A stretch of 64,000 nt of DNA from Octopus vulgaris (taxonomy: Eukaryota): assembly GCA_951406725.2 (NCBI GenBank), contig OX597825.1, forward strand, positions 49,166,001 to 49,230,000, written 5' to 3'. The translations under genes were made by a program, and so were the position numbers. This document shows, in pieces, positions 27,954 through 40,989 of the stretch. Position 1 is the first letter of the stretch, and each line of letters begins with the position of its first letter. A model generated the notes under the pieces. It worked only from the letters and a program-made list of their open reading frames with translations. It made no database searches and was not told where the DNA came from.

Positions 27954-28679
27954 TTGCCTGTCTGTGTTTGCCTTTCAAGTGCTGTGGTTTTACTGAGATC
28001 TCCCTTTTAGTAGAAAGAATAACTATAACTCTTTGACTGCTATTTCTAAATTCGGTGTGTGGTGAGGCAAATCGTTGCTAAACCCTTAATTACTTAGTAT
28101 TACTTAAACTTTCCTCGAATGAGGCTTTTACATGCCGAAATCTACTTGGTGAAATTAAAGATTATTCCAAATTAATTAATTTCACCCTATATTATTACTG
28201 ATAACCATATTTCATCCCAGTAAATGACCACAACATCTTGTCTTGGCTGCACGCTGGTGGGAGGGGGTTGGTGACACAAACTTTCATTCACACTTTGAAT
28301 TTGGTGATACTGGTAACGGCTTTAGCTCGCTCTGATACTGAGTTGAGATGATGTCTTCTAGTACCTCGAAATTTAATATACAATTATTCATAATTGTAGT
28401 GTCCTACGCTGATGAGAAAAGAAGTTGGGTAAGACATAATTATCTAATTCTTATGCTTTCCTAAGACTTAATTTCGAAACGTACGTCCGTAGGTGACTTA
28501 AAATTGTATGATAGATTGCCGTCATTTCTTTCTCTTTTGCCTGTCTGTGTTTGCCTTTCAAGTGCTGTTGTTTTACTGAGATCTCCCTTTTAGTAGAAAG
28601 AATAGCTATAACTCTTTGACTGCTATTTCTAAATTCGGTGTGTGGTGAGGCAAATCGTTGCTAAACCCTTAATTACTTA

Positions 28680-28683
<4 letters not shown>
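27954..28683 (+). mobile_element. Retrozyme-like / Penelope pLTR-like partial tandem (583-bp unit) containing a hammerhead
   Basis: 147-bp direct repeats at 27954-28100 and 28537-28683 (two mismatches), flanked by (TA)n on both sides. Confidence 0.8.
28403..28493 (+). ncRNA. Type I hammerhead ribozyme, intact core
   Basis: cctacg-CTGATGA-gaaa..(long stem II)..tttc-GAAA-cgtacg-TC-cgtagg; palindromic stem III; predicted cleavage after GUC at 28487. Confidence 0.88.
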
Positions 28684-28727
<44 letters not shown>

Positions 28728-28729
<2 letters not shown>

Positions 28730-28865
28730 GTAAATGTAATATGTGACAATTATTCGGTAGCCATGATAAAACTCCGATTTTCGGATGGCGGTGTGGAAAT
28801 CCACGCCGCCATCTCTTCAGTTATCCGGCCATCGGAAAAATTGCTCTCACATATTACATTTACAG
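28728..28865 (-). ncRNA. Type I hammerhead ribozyme with long stem I, one stem III mismatch
   Basis: Minus: gataa-CTGAAGA-gatggcggcgtgga(tt)tccacaccgccatc-c-GAAA-atcggag-TT-ttatc, enclosed by ctgtaaatgtaatatgtga / tcacatattacatttacag. Confidence 0.75.
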
Positions 28866-30093
28866 ATAAATTTCTCTATTTGCATAATATCGAAGTCTCT
28901 TTCATTTTTTGTTGTCTTACTATTTTTATCAATATATATATATATATATATATATATGCATGTGTGTGTGTAGAGAATTAATGAGTTTAATTACTACAGA
29001 GACAGAGAAAATGAGAGAGAGAAAGGGGAGAGACGGAAAGTGAGAGTGGGGAGAGACGGTAAGAGAGAGGGAGTAAGTGAGGAGGAGGATGGATTTTAAC
29101 AACATCAAAAATATATCAGTTCCTCATTTAATATGTGAATTCTGATATTATGCAAACTATGGAATCGTACTAAGGAAATGGTGTCATGCAAATTCCGTGA
29201 TTGCATGTGTGTCTTACACAATTGTGTTTAATGCCAATAGTGGTATTATATTCTTCATGGGAATGAACACTAATGTAATATCCCGGGCGATTTTACTCGA
29301 AGCTTGTGCGATAATGTCTGTTATTCTAGGAAAGGAGAAACATAAAATTTATAGGATGACATGTAAACGTACCAAATCAGGTAGAAAATTTGAAATAGTG
29401 AACCTGATACATGGTGAGTAAATCATTCGCCGAAACGAAGAAACTTCGCTGACGTCTTGAGGGACAAGTAACATTTCTAATGTTTAAAATACCTGCTATG
29501 GAAATGTTATACTTCACTTTATATACATGCACATAAGTTTGTATGTATGTATGTATGTGTGTGTGAGTGTGAGTGTGTGTGTGAGTGTGAGTGTGTGTGT
29601 GAGTGTGAGTGTGTGTGTGTATAGAAAATCTCTATAAGAGATGAACGTAGTAACTATACTGAGAAGTAGCAATACTTGCCTTCTATATATATATAAATGG
29701 CAATCTCTGCCTGTCTCTCTAACCGTTACCATCTTAGTTCCTAAACCAGCGAACTAATATTCACGAAAGTGTTCATACATCATACTCTAACAACTAGTTC
29801 AATAAGAGGCTGATTGGATTCCAATAAAAGTCTATAATGTGCACCCCTGGGCGTTGGACTAATTATATGAGAAAATGAGAAGTGTTCAAAAAGTATTAGT
29901 CTGACGGAAAGGCAGTAACAGAGAGAGAGTGAGAGAGACAGAGAGAGGGAGAGAGGGTGAGGGAGAGAGAAAGAGGTGAGGCAAGAATACATAGATTTCA
30001 GGAGAGACAGGGGAGGCATTCTCTGAAGTGGAATAAATAACAAATTATAAAAGACATTGTAAAAATTGCCTGGCAACGATGGGCTATTCAACT

Positions 30094-30145
<52 letters not shown>

Positions 30146-30799
30146 TATCGGGTGCAGATTATATCGAGAACTAGCTGGGAGGCTCATTCTGTGGTAACGT
30201 TGATTTGTAAGGAACGGCTACTTTGATGAGGCGATAAATGTCATTTCAGTGTATAGTTACTACTAACATCTATAGAGATTTTCCCGCTAACTACTTTGCT
30301 CGCTGCAGGATAATGACTGAGTAACGCTTGTTTATGTCTATACATTGTTAGCTGGAGCAACTTATTGCTATTTCCAGTGGACGGGTGTTTACCACCAACA
30401 ATAGACAAAGATGACTCTGGACCGCACAGTCTGATGATCGCGTAATCTGCTGGAAGATGGTAGGGTTTCGTTCCTCTGTTTGCAATGTATTTAACTCAAG
30501 GAAGCTCCTCCTTGAGATAAAAATGAATCTAGTAGGAAGTTATATTAATTGAGGTGGAAAGTGGGAGGAAGAAGGAAGGTTGGTGTATAGTAGACATATG
30601 TACGTATGTAAGTATATATATGCATGTATGTATGTATGTATGTATGTATGTATGTATGTATGTATGTATGTATGTATGTATGTATGTATGTATGTATGTG
30701 TGTGTCTGTGTGTGTATTTCTTTGCAACGGAGAGCAGAAAACCTACCTACCCCGTCTCTACTTACTGCGTAGCAGACTCTAATTTACGTTAAGGATAAT

Positions 30800-31400
30800 A
30801 ATTACAGTCGCAACACATATATGGATTTCTTCGATAATACCATGGGTGTATCGGACTCATCCCAGGTTATTGACCTAGTTGACCTATTCCTTTTCTCCCA
30901 AATTAAACAATATTTCCTCAACCTCTCGGGTGGGATATGCAGGGATGATACACTCCTTTTAGCTGCTGGATTATCTCGACCGTCAGCGGAATGCACCAAG
31001 AAAGCCCTACACAAATGTCTTTAAAATTATAACTTGAATATTTCATTCGAAATTGACATTAAGCTGACCAATTTTTAGATGTTACTCTCGACATCAACAC
31101 AGATTTATATCAACCTTTCAATAAACACAACCAATCCTTACAATATAAAAATGCTTTCTGAAATCACTCAAAACTCATCCGTAATACAGTGGTCAGGGTC
31201 ACATCTACCAGAATCTCTAACTTATCTGCTAATGAAGACATTTTAACACTCACGCCCCTTATTATCATCAGGCCGTCCAAATAAGCGGCTTCCGCAAAAA
31301 TTCTATTCTATCCACAGTACAAAGCTTAACACTAGAAAAACCCACCTCTTTCCCTAATACTAACCCTGAATCTACGGACACTGCTTCCACTCTACACTAA
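30800..31400 (+). mobile_element. Penelope-like element RT fragment
   Basis: FDNTMGVSDSSQVIDLVDLFL, GGICRDD, FLDVTLDINT. Confidence 0.82.
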
Positions 31401-31425
31401 TGCTACAACTCTCAAACACACACAC

Positions 31426-31526
<101 letters not shown>

Positions 31527-31563
31527 CATACATATATATGTATGAATATATATATATACATAC

Positions 31564-31609
<46 letters not shown>

Positions 31610-32541
31610 GTGTGTACACATATAAAGATATATATATTTCTATATAATGTATATGTGTATAAATATATATGTATATCTGTCTATCCATCTGTTTGTCTGT
31701 TTGCTATCCGTATGTGTGTGTGTGTATGTATGTCTATGTAGTGAGATTATATTGAAGTAATTGATTACCTTGTTTCGATAATTACGGAATTAATTATTGT
31801 AATTTGTAACGTAGCGTTTAATTAATCAATGATTTTGTAGTTTCTTTTATTTCACAATTCACGTCATCTGTCATATGCCATACATTACCATTTGTGCTCT
31901 AAAGCAAATTTATATCAGATGCACGTGTGTTAATCAGGTGAAGCTTAGCTTTGATGTACAATGGATCACTGAACATACAACTATTTATAGTAATACCTCC
32001 ACCTAAAAACAATTTATTCAGTGAACTTCCTCATTTCTTCAGCTTAGCTTCAAATGGCAATAAGAAATGACCTTGATGATACTATACCTATATGAACGCC
32101 AGAATGCACATCAAACAGTGTGCGGTCGATGCTGTCGAAACGTACGTAGTTCCACGAGAGAATGCTGTAAATAGCTGATTAACAAAATTATAGATGTGGA
32201 AAATCTCCGTTCACCTGATTACTATTAATACTATATACATATACATATTAAAATTGAGGGAGTGGAACAAGGAAAATAGACGCAAAATATGTTTCTTTGT
32301 AGGCAGAAGCTCTTAATAGAATAGTTATCCAAGGAGCCATGCTCAATGTAGTTAATCATGGGGATGAATTTAGCTTAATGAAATGAATATTGCATGCAGC
32401 CGCCCAGCCAAATATGCGCACACATATACACACACCAACGGTACGCACGCGCGGAATTTTCATTACTCACCCGCATTAAAAGTAGACGCAAACATGCATG
32501 TGTGCCTAATGCACACGCAAACACACAAACACACACACACA

Positions 32542-32614
<73 letters not shown>

Positions 32615-32644
32615 CCAAGAGTATATATGTATATATATATATTT

Positions 32645-32730
32645 ATCAAAATAAGCAACAAGGATATCCAGAGGTAATGCAGTACGATCGTTCTGCATTA
32701 CCTCTGGATATCCTTGTTGTTTATTTTGAT
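32645..32730. repeat. Near-perfect 86-bp palindrome
   Basis: 38-nt arms with one mismatch around tacgatcgtt. Confidence 0.95.
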
Positions 32731-32830
32731 TGTAATCACCCCATCTTAAATTATATGGATGATACCATGCCAAATTCTGGTGCCTTTGACATCAATACCA
32801 TATTCAACTGAATCTAAGTTTTACTGAACT

Positions 32831-32891
<61 letters not shown>

Positions 32892-33734
32892 GTATATCAA
32901 AATAAGCTTATTTTGAAATTGTATGGATAATACCGTACTAAATTCTGGTACCTCAACTTAAGTACCATATTCATCTGAATCTAATTTTTTGTTGAACTCA
33001 TTTACCATAGCCAAACGATATATGTATGTGTATATATATATTTACATGCATACACATGCACACATATAGGCATATATCAAAATGCAATTTCAATCTTGGT
33101 GTTTTCTGCTATTTTCTTAGTATTACATTTCATTTTATCGTTAGATATTTGTTTTATCCTTTTTGGTTTCATATATTTCTTTTAATTTTTTACCATTTTC
33201 CTTGCGCATTTTATATAACCCTTCCTTTTTTACTCGGCACCGATGAGAGTGGGTTTATATACACCTAGTATATGTGTGTATATTTAATTATGTGTTTGTG
33301 TGCATTTAGGGTGTATATTTGTGTTTGTATTCATGTGCGTATGAGTGTTTCCAAATTATGTGCGTTCCCAGCTACAGTCGGCAAAATCCGTCGACACTTT
33401 TTATACATTAAAATTTATGACCATAAATTTTATACTTAACGACATCAATTATTTTCCCTTATTTTCTTTCTTTATTCTTCCATTCTCTATCTCTTTTTCT
33501 TCCTACTCCTCAACTTTAAATAACATCCACTGTTGCATATTTTGGGTCTCACCCTTTGCTGATCGCTCATTCGTTCTCTTGACATAATTATTTTTTCAAT
33601 TTTTTATTTGTTTTAATCTTTTAGTACTGGCTTCTCAATTTATTTAAACTCACCACGGTGGTGGAGTTGACTTCGAAATTCCGAGCGACAATGTAAACTT
33701 CATTTCATTAAGGTAATCTCAGCCTGACAAGCTT

Positions 33735-33990
33735 ACCTCATTGTATGGAGTAGTGTTTAAAAGCGCGGGCAACTAACCCCAAGATTCGGAGTTCGATTCC
33801 AGGCAGTGACCTGAATAATAATAATAATAGTAATAGTAATAATACTAATAATGATAACATCGAAAAGTACCTCAGGAATGAGAATCCTGGTTTGATATTT
33901 CGCCAAGACACATGATGAAGGCTGGAGGGTTTATTCCCGAAACGTTGTGTTAACAACAAACAAGATGTTGACAAATATCCGTCAAATGTT
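33735..33990 (+). mobile_element. tRNA-headed element with (AAT)n spacer and decayed minimal hammerhead
   Basis: A-box-like tggagtagtg and B-box-like agttcgattcc; then gacac-aTGATGA-aggctgg..ccc-GAAACGTT-gtgtt. Confidence 0.65.
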
Positions 33991-34065
33991 AATAGTGCAA
34001 ATAATGTAAATAATGTATTATATCAAGAGTTCCAGCTAACTAAGAAACATATATAGCGTGCTTTT

Positions 34066-34126
<61 letters not shown>

Positions 34127-34164
34127 ACAGTTTATATGTATTCATTTTCATCCTATATCATAAG

Positions 34165-34432
34165 TTTAAATCATTGTGTTGTAATAACTTGCTTACCAAC
34201 CACATATTTTCCATGTTCAGGCCCACTGAGTGGCACCTTGGACAAGTGTTTTCTACTATAGCCTGGGGCCGACCAAAGCCTTGTGAGTGAATTTTGTAGA
34301 CGGAAACTGAAAGAAGCCCGTCGTATATATGTATATATATGTATGTGTGTGTATATGTTTGTGTGTCTGTGTTTGTCCCCCCACCATCGCTTGACAACCG
34401 ATGCTGGTGTGTTTACGTCCCCATAACCTAGC
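34165..34432 (+). mobile_element. SINE family A, 3'-truncated
   Basis: tggcaccttggacaagtgttttctactatagcc..gacggaaactgaaagaagcccgtcg. Confidence 0.88.
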
Positions 34433-36334
34433 CCAACTTATACGGTTTTAAAATGACATATCTGTAATTAGGGAATTAGGGAGATAACAATTTAAATGTA
34501 ATAGATCTAATGATTTGTGATTATATTAGGATTTCGAATTACTATGCAAAAATGTTTATTGACGAAATTTCCATGCAGGGCATAGACATCGTGGTGTTAT
34601 CCATATATGAAATATGCAGACAATGTTTTTTTCCTGATTTTGTTTCACATAAAACCTGCAGGACTTGTCATTTATTGATCGTACACACAAGCGTGCAAAA
34701 CCGCAGAGAGAGCAGAAGAACTGTATATAGGGCCATTAAAAGTAACCGAGGTATGTAATCTTACGCTCTCCGGGCGTCAAAGTTTTTCAAATTCATTTTA
34801 AAGCTATTTGGGACTGACAGAGCTATTTTTTAACTGCCTGAAACAAGTAGTAAACGAAGGTTGTCTGTATGTCTATCTGTTTATCTATCTATCAATTTAT
34901 ACATACATACATACATACATACATACATACATACATACATACATACACAAAGACACACACATACACACGCATATATATATAAGGTATCAAATAGGTTTTT
35001 AAGTGTTTTTGCATGTATATATGGTCAAGTTTCATATATATGCATGTACATATAGTCTTTTTTTTTTTTTAATTTGTGTTTATAGGTTGGATTATTTCTT
35101 ATACATCTTTAATTCTTTGCTTGCTTATACAAGCACATGACTACGTATCAAGTAGGCGTGACTATGTCTGCGTGTGTGTATGTGCATATATACATATATA
35201 TATATGTGTGTGTGTGTGTGTGTACATACGTATATATTTGTTTGTGTTTGAGAGAGAGAATGTGTGTGTGCGTGTGTGCGTGTGAGTGTAAATTTGCGCG
35301 TGGGTGTATGTGTGACGCTTCGGTCACGCATCTTTCACTTCATCGAATTTGAACACAGGTTCTTTTCTCACCGTTTGTTTTTTCATTCTTCATCCTCTCC
35401 TCTCATTTGTCCACTTTATAGTCCTTTAGGAGATTTTCAATACTTTTACTACATATATGTTTTGTCTCTAGTCGTACGGCTTTTATTTTGTTTGTATTTT
35501 GCTTGTGTATTTTCTTCGCATATCATTTATTTTGTTTACATATTCACATACATGTGATGCGATTGTTTTCGCCTTTATCCACATTGTCCGCTCGCTATTC
35601 CTAAATGCATATCCCTGTTGACGGCACCAAAATTGAAAAGCATTATCATTAAAGGCGAGAAATAGTAATGATCTTTTTGATGATAACTGACGAGGAAAGA
35701 GCAGGTCCATTTCCTGTTTGTGAAATTTCCGTTCGTTCCTTTATCGATATTCTGTTTAAATTTTCAAACTAATATTTATAGACAGATACGTGTATGTGTA
35801 TTTATATGTGTGCATATTGTCATACACTTTAGATTATATTTACTAGGTGCTCTGAATTTCTACAATTATAATTTTTCTGTTTTTCTTTCGTATTTATATT
35901 ATGTTTATTTTTATTCTATTATTTTTTTTCATATGCATTTTAAATCCGTACCTTTGTTATACGTCTACACTTTACACCGCATATAAACATAGATACTGTT
36001 TTTGCTTACGCTTTCAATAATGTATATATATATGAATGCTTGAAATGACGAGTAGATAGACAGTCGACAACTGATGAAGTGTACTTTCTCTGTGTTTACT
36101 TGTTTTGTTCTCCGTTTTTTCTCGTTTTTACGTATTTCCTGTCGTTTGTAACATTGATGACGTCCTTTATCCATCCGCCTCTACAACTCTCTCTTCTTTC
36201 CCTACGTGACCGGTGTTCGGCCAAGCTTGACTTTTCTTTCTTGGTTCGACTAACATCCGTGCAACATCTATATTCCTCCCTGTGCCTCCCAAATATTATG
36301 TCCCTGCTGTAAGGTTTACTTCCACACACGCCAT

Positions 36335-36682
36335 CTTAATTTAATTCATCTTTAGTCGAAAGGCACATGTTGTTATGTCCTCTTATTTGCATTTGTATTT
36401 GTGTAACATTTCTCCGTCTTTTTTGTCCTTGTTTTCGTACACATTCGCTGCTTTCTTCCAAGGAATCTAATGCTCTTACTTTTTTCTTGGTGCTGGCCAG
36501 ATTGGAGCAATTTTGTGTGTAACCAGTGGAAATTGCAAAGATAATCTGGAACACGATTGAAGAAAGAGAATTCCGAATGACCCGGCCTTGTTTTCTTTGT
36601 ATCGTCTGTCTGGTTATTTTGTCGTTCCTTTTTTGTATTACCTAACTGTTTGGATGTTTTGCGTCCTTGTCCCATTTTGGTA
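36335..36682 (+). repeat. Interspersed non-coding repeat (second copy 55318-55652), probably Penelope pLTR-like
   Basis: Colinear with 55318-55652; both end against (TA)n. Confidence 0.8.
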
Positions 36683-36684
36683 GT

Positions 36685-36733
<49 letters not shown>

Positions 36734-36765
36734 CATAAATATATATTATTTAATATATATATGTG

Positions 36766-36824
<59 letters not shown>

Positions 36825-36849
36825 CACATATATATATACATATATAAAT

Positions 36850-36901
<52 letters not shown>

Positions 36902-37046
36902 AATATATGATCTTACCGACACGAAACAGTACTATATATATGTATATATATATATGCATATATATATATGTATATATATATATGTATATATATATGTATA
37001 TATATATATATGTATATATATAAATGTATATATATATATATATATA

Positions 37047-37082
<36 letters not shown>

Positions 37083-37098
37083 GTATATATATATATAG

Positions 37099-37137
<39 letters not shown>

Positions 37138-37178
37138 GTGTATATGTATATATATATAGATGTATATGTATATATATA

Positions 37179-37228
<50 letters not shown>

Positions 37229-37233
37229 CATAG

Positions 37234-37269
<36 letters not shown>

Positions 37270-37273
<4 letters not shown>

Positions 37274-37510
37274 AACGCATGGTAAATAAACAAATGACAT
37301 CGTATACTGAATGAAAAAACGAACGGGAGACAAATAGAAGATCCCTAATTCTTCATCAGTTATCGACCAATTGGTGCGATAAAGGTGCGAAACGGAATAT
37401 TACCAATCGGTCGATAACATATGAAGAATTACGGACCTTCTGTTTGTCTGGCGTTCGTTTTTACATTCTGTATACGTTATGTCATCTGTTTATTTGCCAT
37501 ACATTTTTTT
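37270..37510. repeat. Diverged inverted repeat (about 105-bp arms, 26-nt spacer)
   Basis: Arms 37270-37375 and 37402-37510, converging at accaattggt / accaatcggt. Confidence 0.88.
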
Positions 37511-37600
37511 TTCATCTATTAAATAATGGAACGCAACACTCACCGAATTTGCATTAACAAGTGGTTTTATATATATATACATACATACATACATATATAC

Positions 37601-37673
<73 letters not shown>

Positions 37674-38707
37674 GACATGAATATACATACACACTCACGC
37701 ACTCACACACATATATATGCATTTATATTAGTATATGCACGTATGCATATTATTTTGAAGGTTAACATTATAAATTCTTTAAAGAGGTACGCACTTTTCA
37801 TATGTTCGATCTCCACCCCCTACCTTTATATATATTTTCACACAACATAGTCATCTCCATTACCTTTATTTTTAATCGTATTGACTTATTTTTCTGTTTC
37901 AGTTTTCATTTGTTCATCGTTTGTTCACGCTTGTAAATGTATATGTTACCACGTAAATTGTATACACAGCGTTTATTACACCTTGGCCGATTTATTAATC
38001 CTTTGTTAGAATGTTCCAATAATTTATTTCTGGTAGCTGTCATAAATCATCGTCAACTGAATACGCTATTAGTATTTTGTTTCCTACTCTCTCACCGGCA
38101 TTAATGTGTAAGGGAATTTTATTGTCATGCCTGAAACTCTCTTATACCCCATTCTCTTTAGTCCCTACCACCTCCCATTTAGCGTCTTTCTCCGTTTAAA
38201 TTCCATCTCTAAATACGTCTATCATTTTCCTTGTCGGGCGAGTTATCTACAAATAATTTCGTTCATTGTTCATTTGATTTTTACTTTCTTTTCAACTTGC
38301 CAATTTTGCTGACAAAATTGAAGAATCATTCACACATCTCTGCGCGACAATGTAAACTTGATGGTAATAGGACATGAAGATTAGCTAAGCAAGTTATGTG
38401 TATATGCATGTGTGTGAGATCGCTCTAAATCTTTCTTTGTATACATATATATTTTGCTGGCATAGATGTACAAACATGTGTTAGAATACCTAAAAACAGT
38501 GGTGAAAAAATAACGGAGCAATTATATTTGTTATTTTAAACTAGTCAAGAAGAATATAGATATGTATTGCAGAAAAATGACTAGGGGAAAATTCAAGAAT
38601 AATGTAACTAAGTTTGAAAACTGCCGAAGTAAGAGAAGACATGTCGAAAGATAAAAAAATAAAATATCCAGATATTTAAAAATATTATCTCAGTAAACTT
38701 CAAAATA

Positions 38708-39297
38708 TGGAGGCACATGGCCTAGTGATTAGAGCAGCGGACTAGCGGTCGAGGGGTCACGTATTCGAGTCTCAGACCGGGCGATGTGTGTGTTTATGAG
38801 TGAAACACCGAAGCTCCACGCGGTTCCGGCAGAAGTTAATGGCGAAATACTTCTGACTCTTTCGTCACAACTTTCTCTCACTCTTTCCTCTTACAGCTCA
38901 CCTGCGACGGACCGGGATGCCGTCCAGGTGGAGAACCTATACGCCGGTGGTTAGGGCAGTGGAATCGCTGTCGTAGGATTGCGGTTTCGATTCCCGTTGT
39001 GAGTATTTATTGTGCGAAAACACCCGAAGCTCCACGAGGCCGCGTAGAGGATGGTGGCGAACCCTGCTGTACTCTTTCACCACAACTTTCTCTCACACTT
39101 TCTTCCTGTTTCTGTTGTACCTGTATTTCAAAGGGTCAGCCTTGTCACAGTCTGTGTCACGCTAAATCTCCCCGAGAACTACGTTAAGGGTACATGTGTC
39201 TGTGGAGGGCTCATCCACTTGCACGTTAATTTCACGAGCAAGCTGTTCCGTTGACAGATCAACTTGAACACTCGTCGTCGTAACCTACGGAGTGCCA
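38708..39297 (+). mobile_element. Two adjacent tRNA-derived SINEs (family C)
   Basis: Head tggaggcacatggcctagtg..ttcgagtct; second head gtggttagggcag..gtttcgattccc; shared body cacc.gaagctccacg..cacaactttctctcac. Confidence 0.8.
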
Positions 39298-39899
39298 TGA
39301 TATATATACATATACCAATTTTATAATGAAATATCAATAGAATGTCTATAAAAGTCACGTAAAAGAAAATTGCGCACACAGTCAAATATATAATACAGGA
39401 AAGCATTATGTTTTTCTTTTTCTTTTAGTGCATTCTAACCGAAGGTAGTGCATTGTATGTTCACTAATAAATTATACATTCTACTTTCTTATTCGAAGAA
39501 TATGTTAATTATTTTTCTATTTTTGTATTTGTATAAAATATATAAATTTTGTAAATTTCTGCATTCTCGAAGGAACATAAAACCGTTTTTCATAGTTTTT
39601 TAAGTTTGACTGAATATATCAGGTATTTTAAAACTTTACACTTTCCTACGCGTTTAGGGTATTTGTACGGCTTTCCTAATTTAGTTCTTATATCATTAGG
39701 ACTGGAATCATATTTATTGAATGAGCACGAGTCTCTTAACAATGACTTTTAATTTTCTGGCATCACTTACTTTAATTGTAATAATACAGCTATTATTAAC
39801 TGCATTAATTACTTTTATGTAAGGAATTTCAATAGTAAGGATCAGTTATTCCAGTCAACAATGAATTCAATTTCCTCCCCGAAGATGAACTGTATTACC

Positions 39900-40650
39900 T
39901 CTGATATTAGGGTGGCGATAGGATTAAAAGGAGTTATGGATCTGCCTTATTTAATTGCATATATGTGATCCCTTAACATTTCAGCCAAATCGTGATGTAA
40001 CAAATTAAAACTTTTATAAATCTTTAGTTACTAATTCCTGACAGAGAATCTACTATTGGATATTTTGCCCCTAAGTGTTTCATTTTTGCAAAAGCGATTG
40101 AAGAATTTACATTCACAATCTACCTGGGAAATTCTTAACTATCATAACTTCCACATTTCATATCTTACTGCTAAAACATCAGGATCCAGAAATAGTTAGC
40201 GTCAGGAAACAGATAAGTCTTCGGTGATGTTTGAGATCCTATTGGAAAATATTTCAATTTACAAACACGACACACACATATAATCCTTCATTTCTACTGA
40301 GGATGAAGTGTCTAGTTTGAAAACAAAACGGGTGCATTTCAGTATATTTCTGTGAGGCATTTCCTTGGAGGAGGTTTCTAGGGAACCAGTTGAATATCAG
40401 GTTTGGAATCCTGTTCATATTCCATGTTTGGGCATCATATTTACTGAAGAAGAAAACATGAATGTATTACAATTATATTTAAAGCAACAAATTATTTTCG
40501 GGGCAGCAATACAGTATCGGTAATATGTCGGTAATCCTGCTCTAAATAGCAAGAAAATCTGCTTTAGTATCCACCTTATTCCAGAAGGGAATGAAAATAT
40601 TGCATAATATGATTCTAAATTCACACTAACAGGTGTTTCAATTGGACGCA
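39900..40650 (+). mobile_element. Very old L1/Tx1-type RT relic
   Basis: Colinear degenerate motifs CP.S..FIFAKAIEEF (cf. GCPLSPLLFALAIEPL), HISYLTA, VSSLK, WNPVHIPCLGI. Confidence 0.4.
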
Positions 40651-40989
40651 TTTATTGGTTGAATCGTTAGGATGTGGGAAAATAGTTCACTGTCTTGGCT
40701 CTTTATGATCTGGGTTCAAAGCCTAACAAAGTTGACTATATTTTTTATTCCATCCGAGGTCGGTAAAATAAATTACTAGTTAGGTAGTGAATTCAATTTA
40801 ATCTACTTAATTTGAAGAAACAGTGAAATACTGGAGTCGATATAATCGAGCAAAGAATGATATTCTACACTCTCTACCACTACTATAACTACTACCTGTA
40901 TTACTACTGTCACACACACCGTGACTCCTGAAAGTAGTACTCCCCGCCCCTACCAACATTCCTCCAACCTAAAATGCAATACAATTTGA

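Noticed and set aside
38708-38780. tRNA gene (also 33735-33815)
   Set aside because: Cloverleaf is degenerate and continues into a repeat body, so it is a SINE head.
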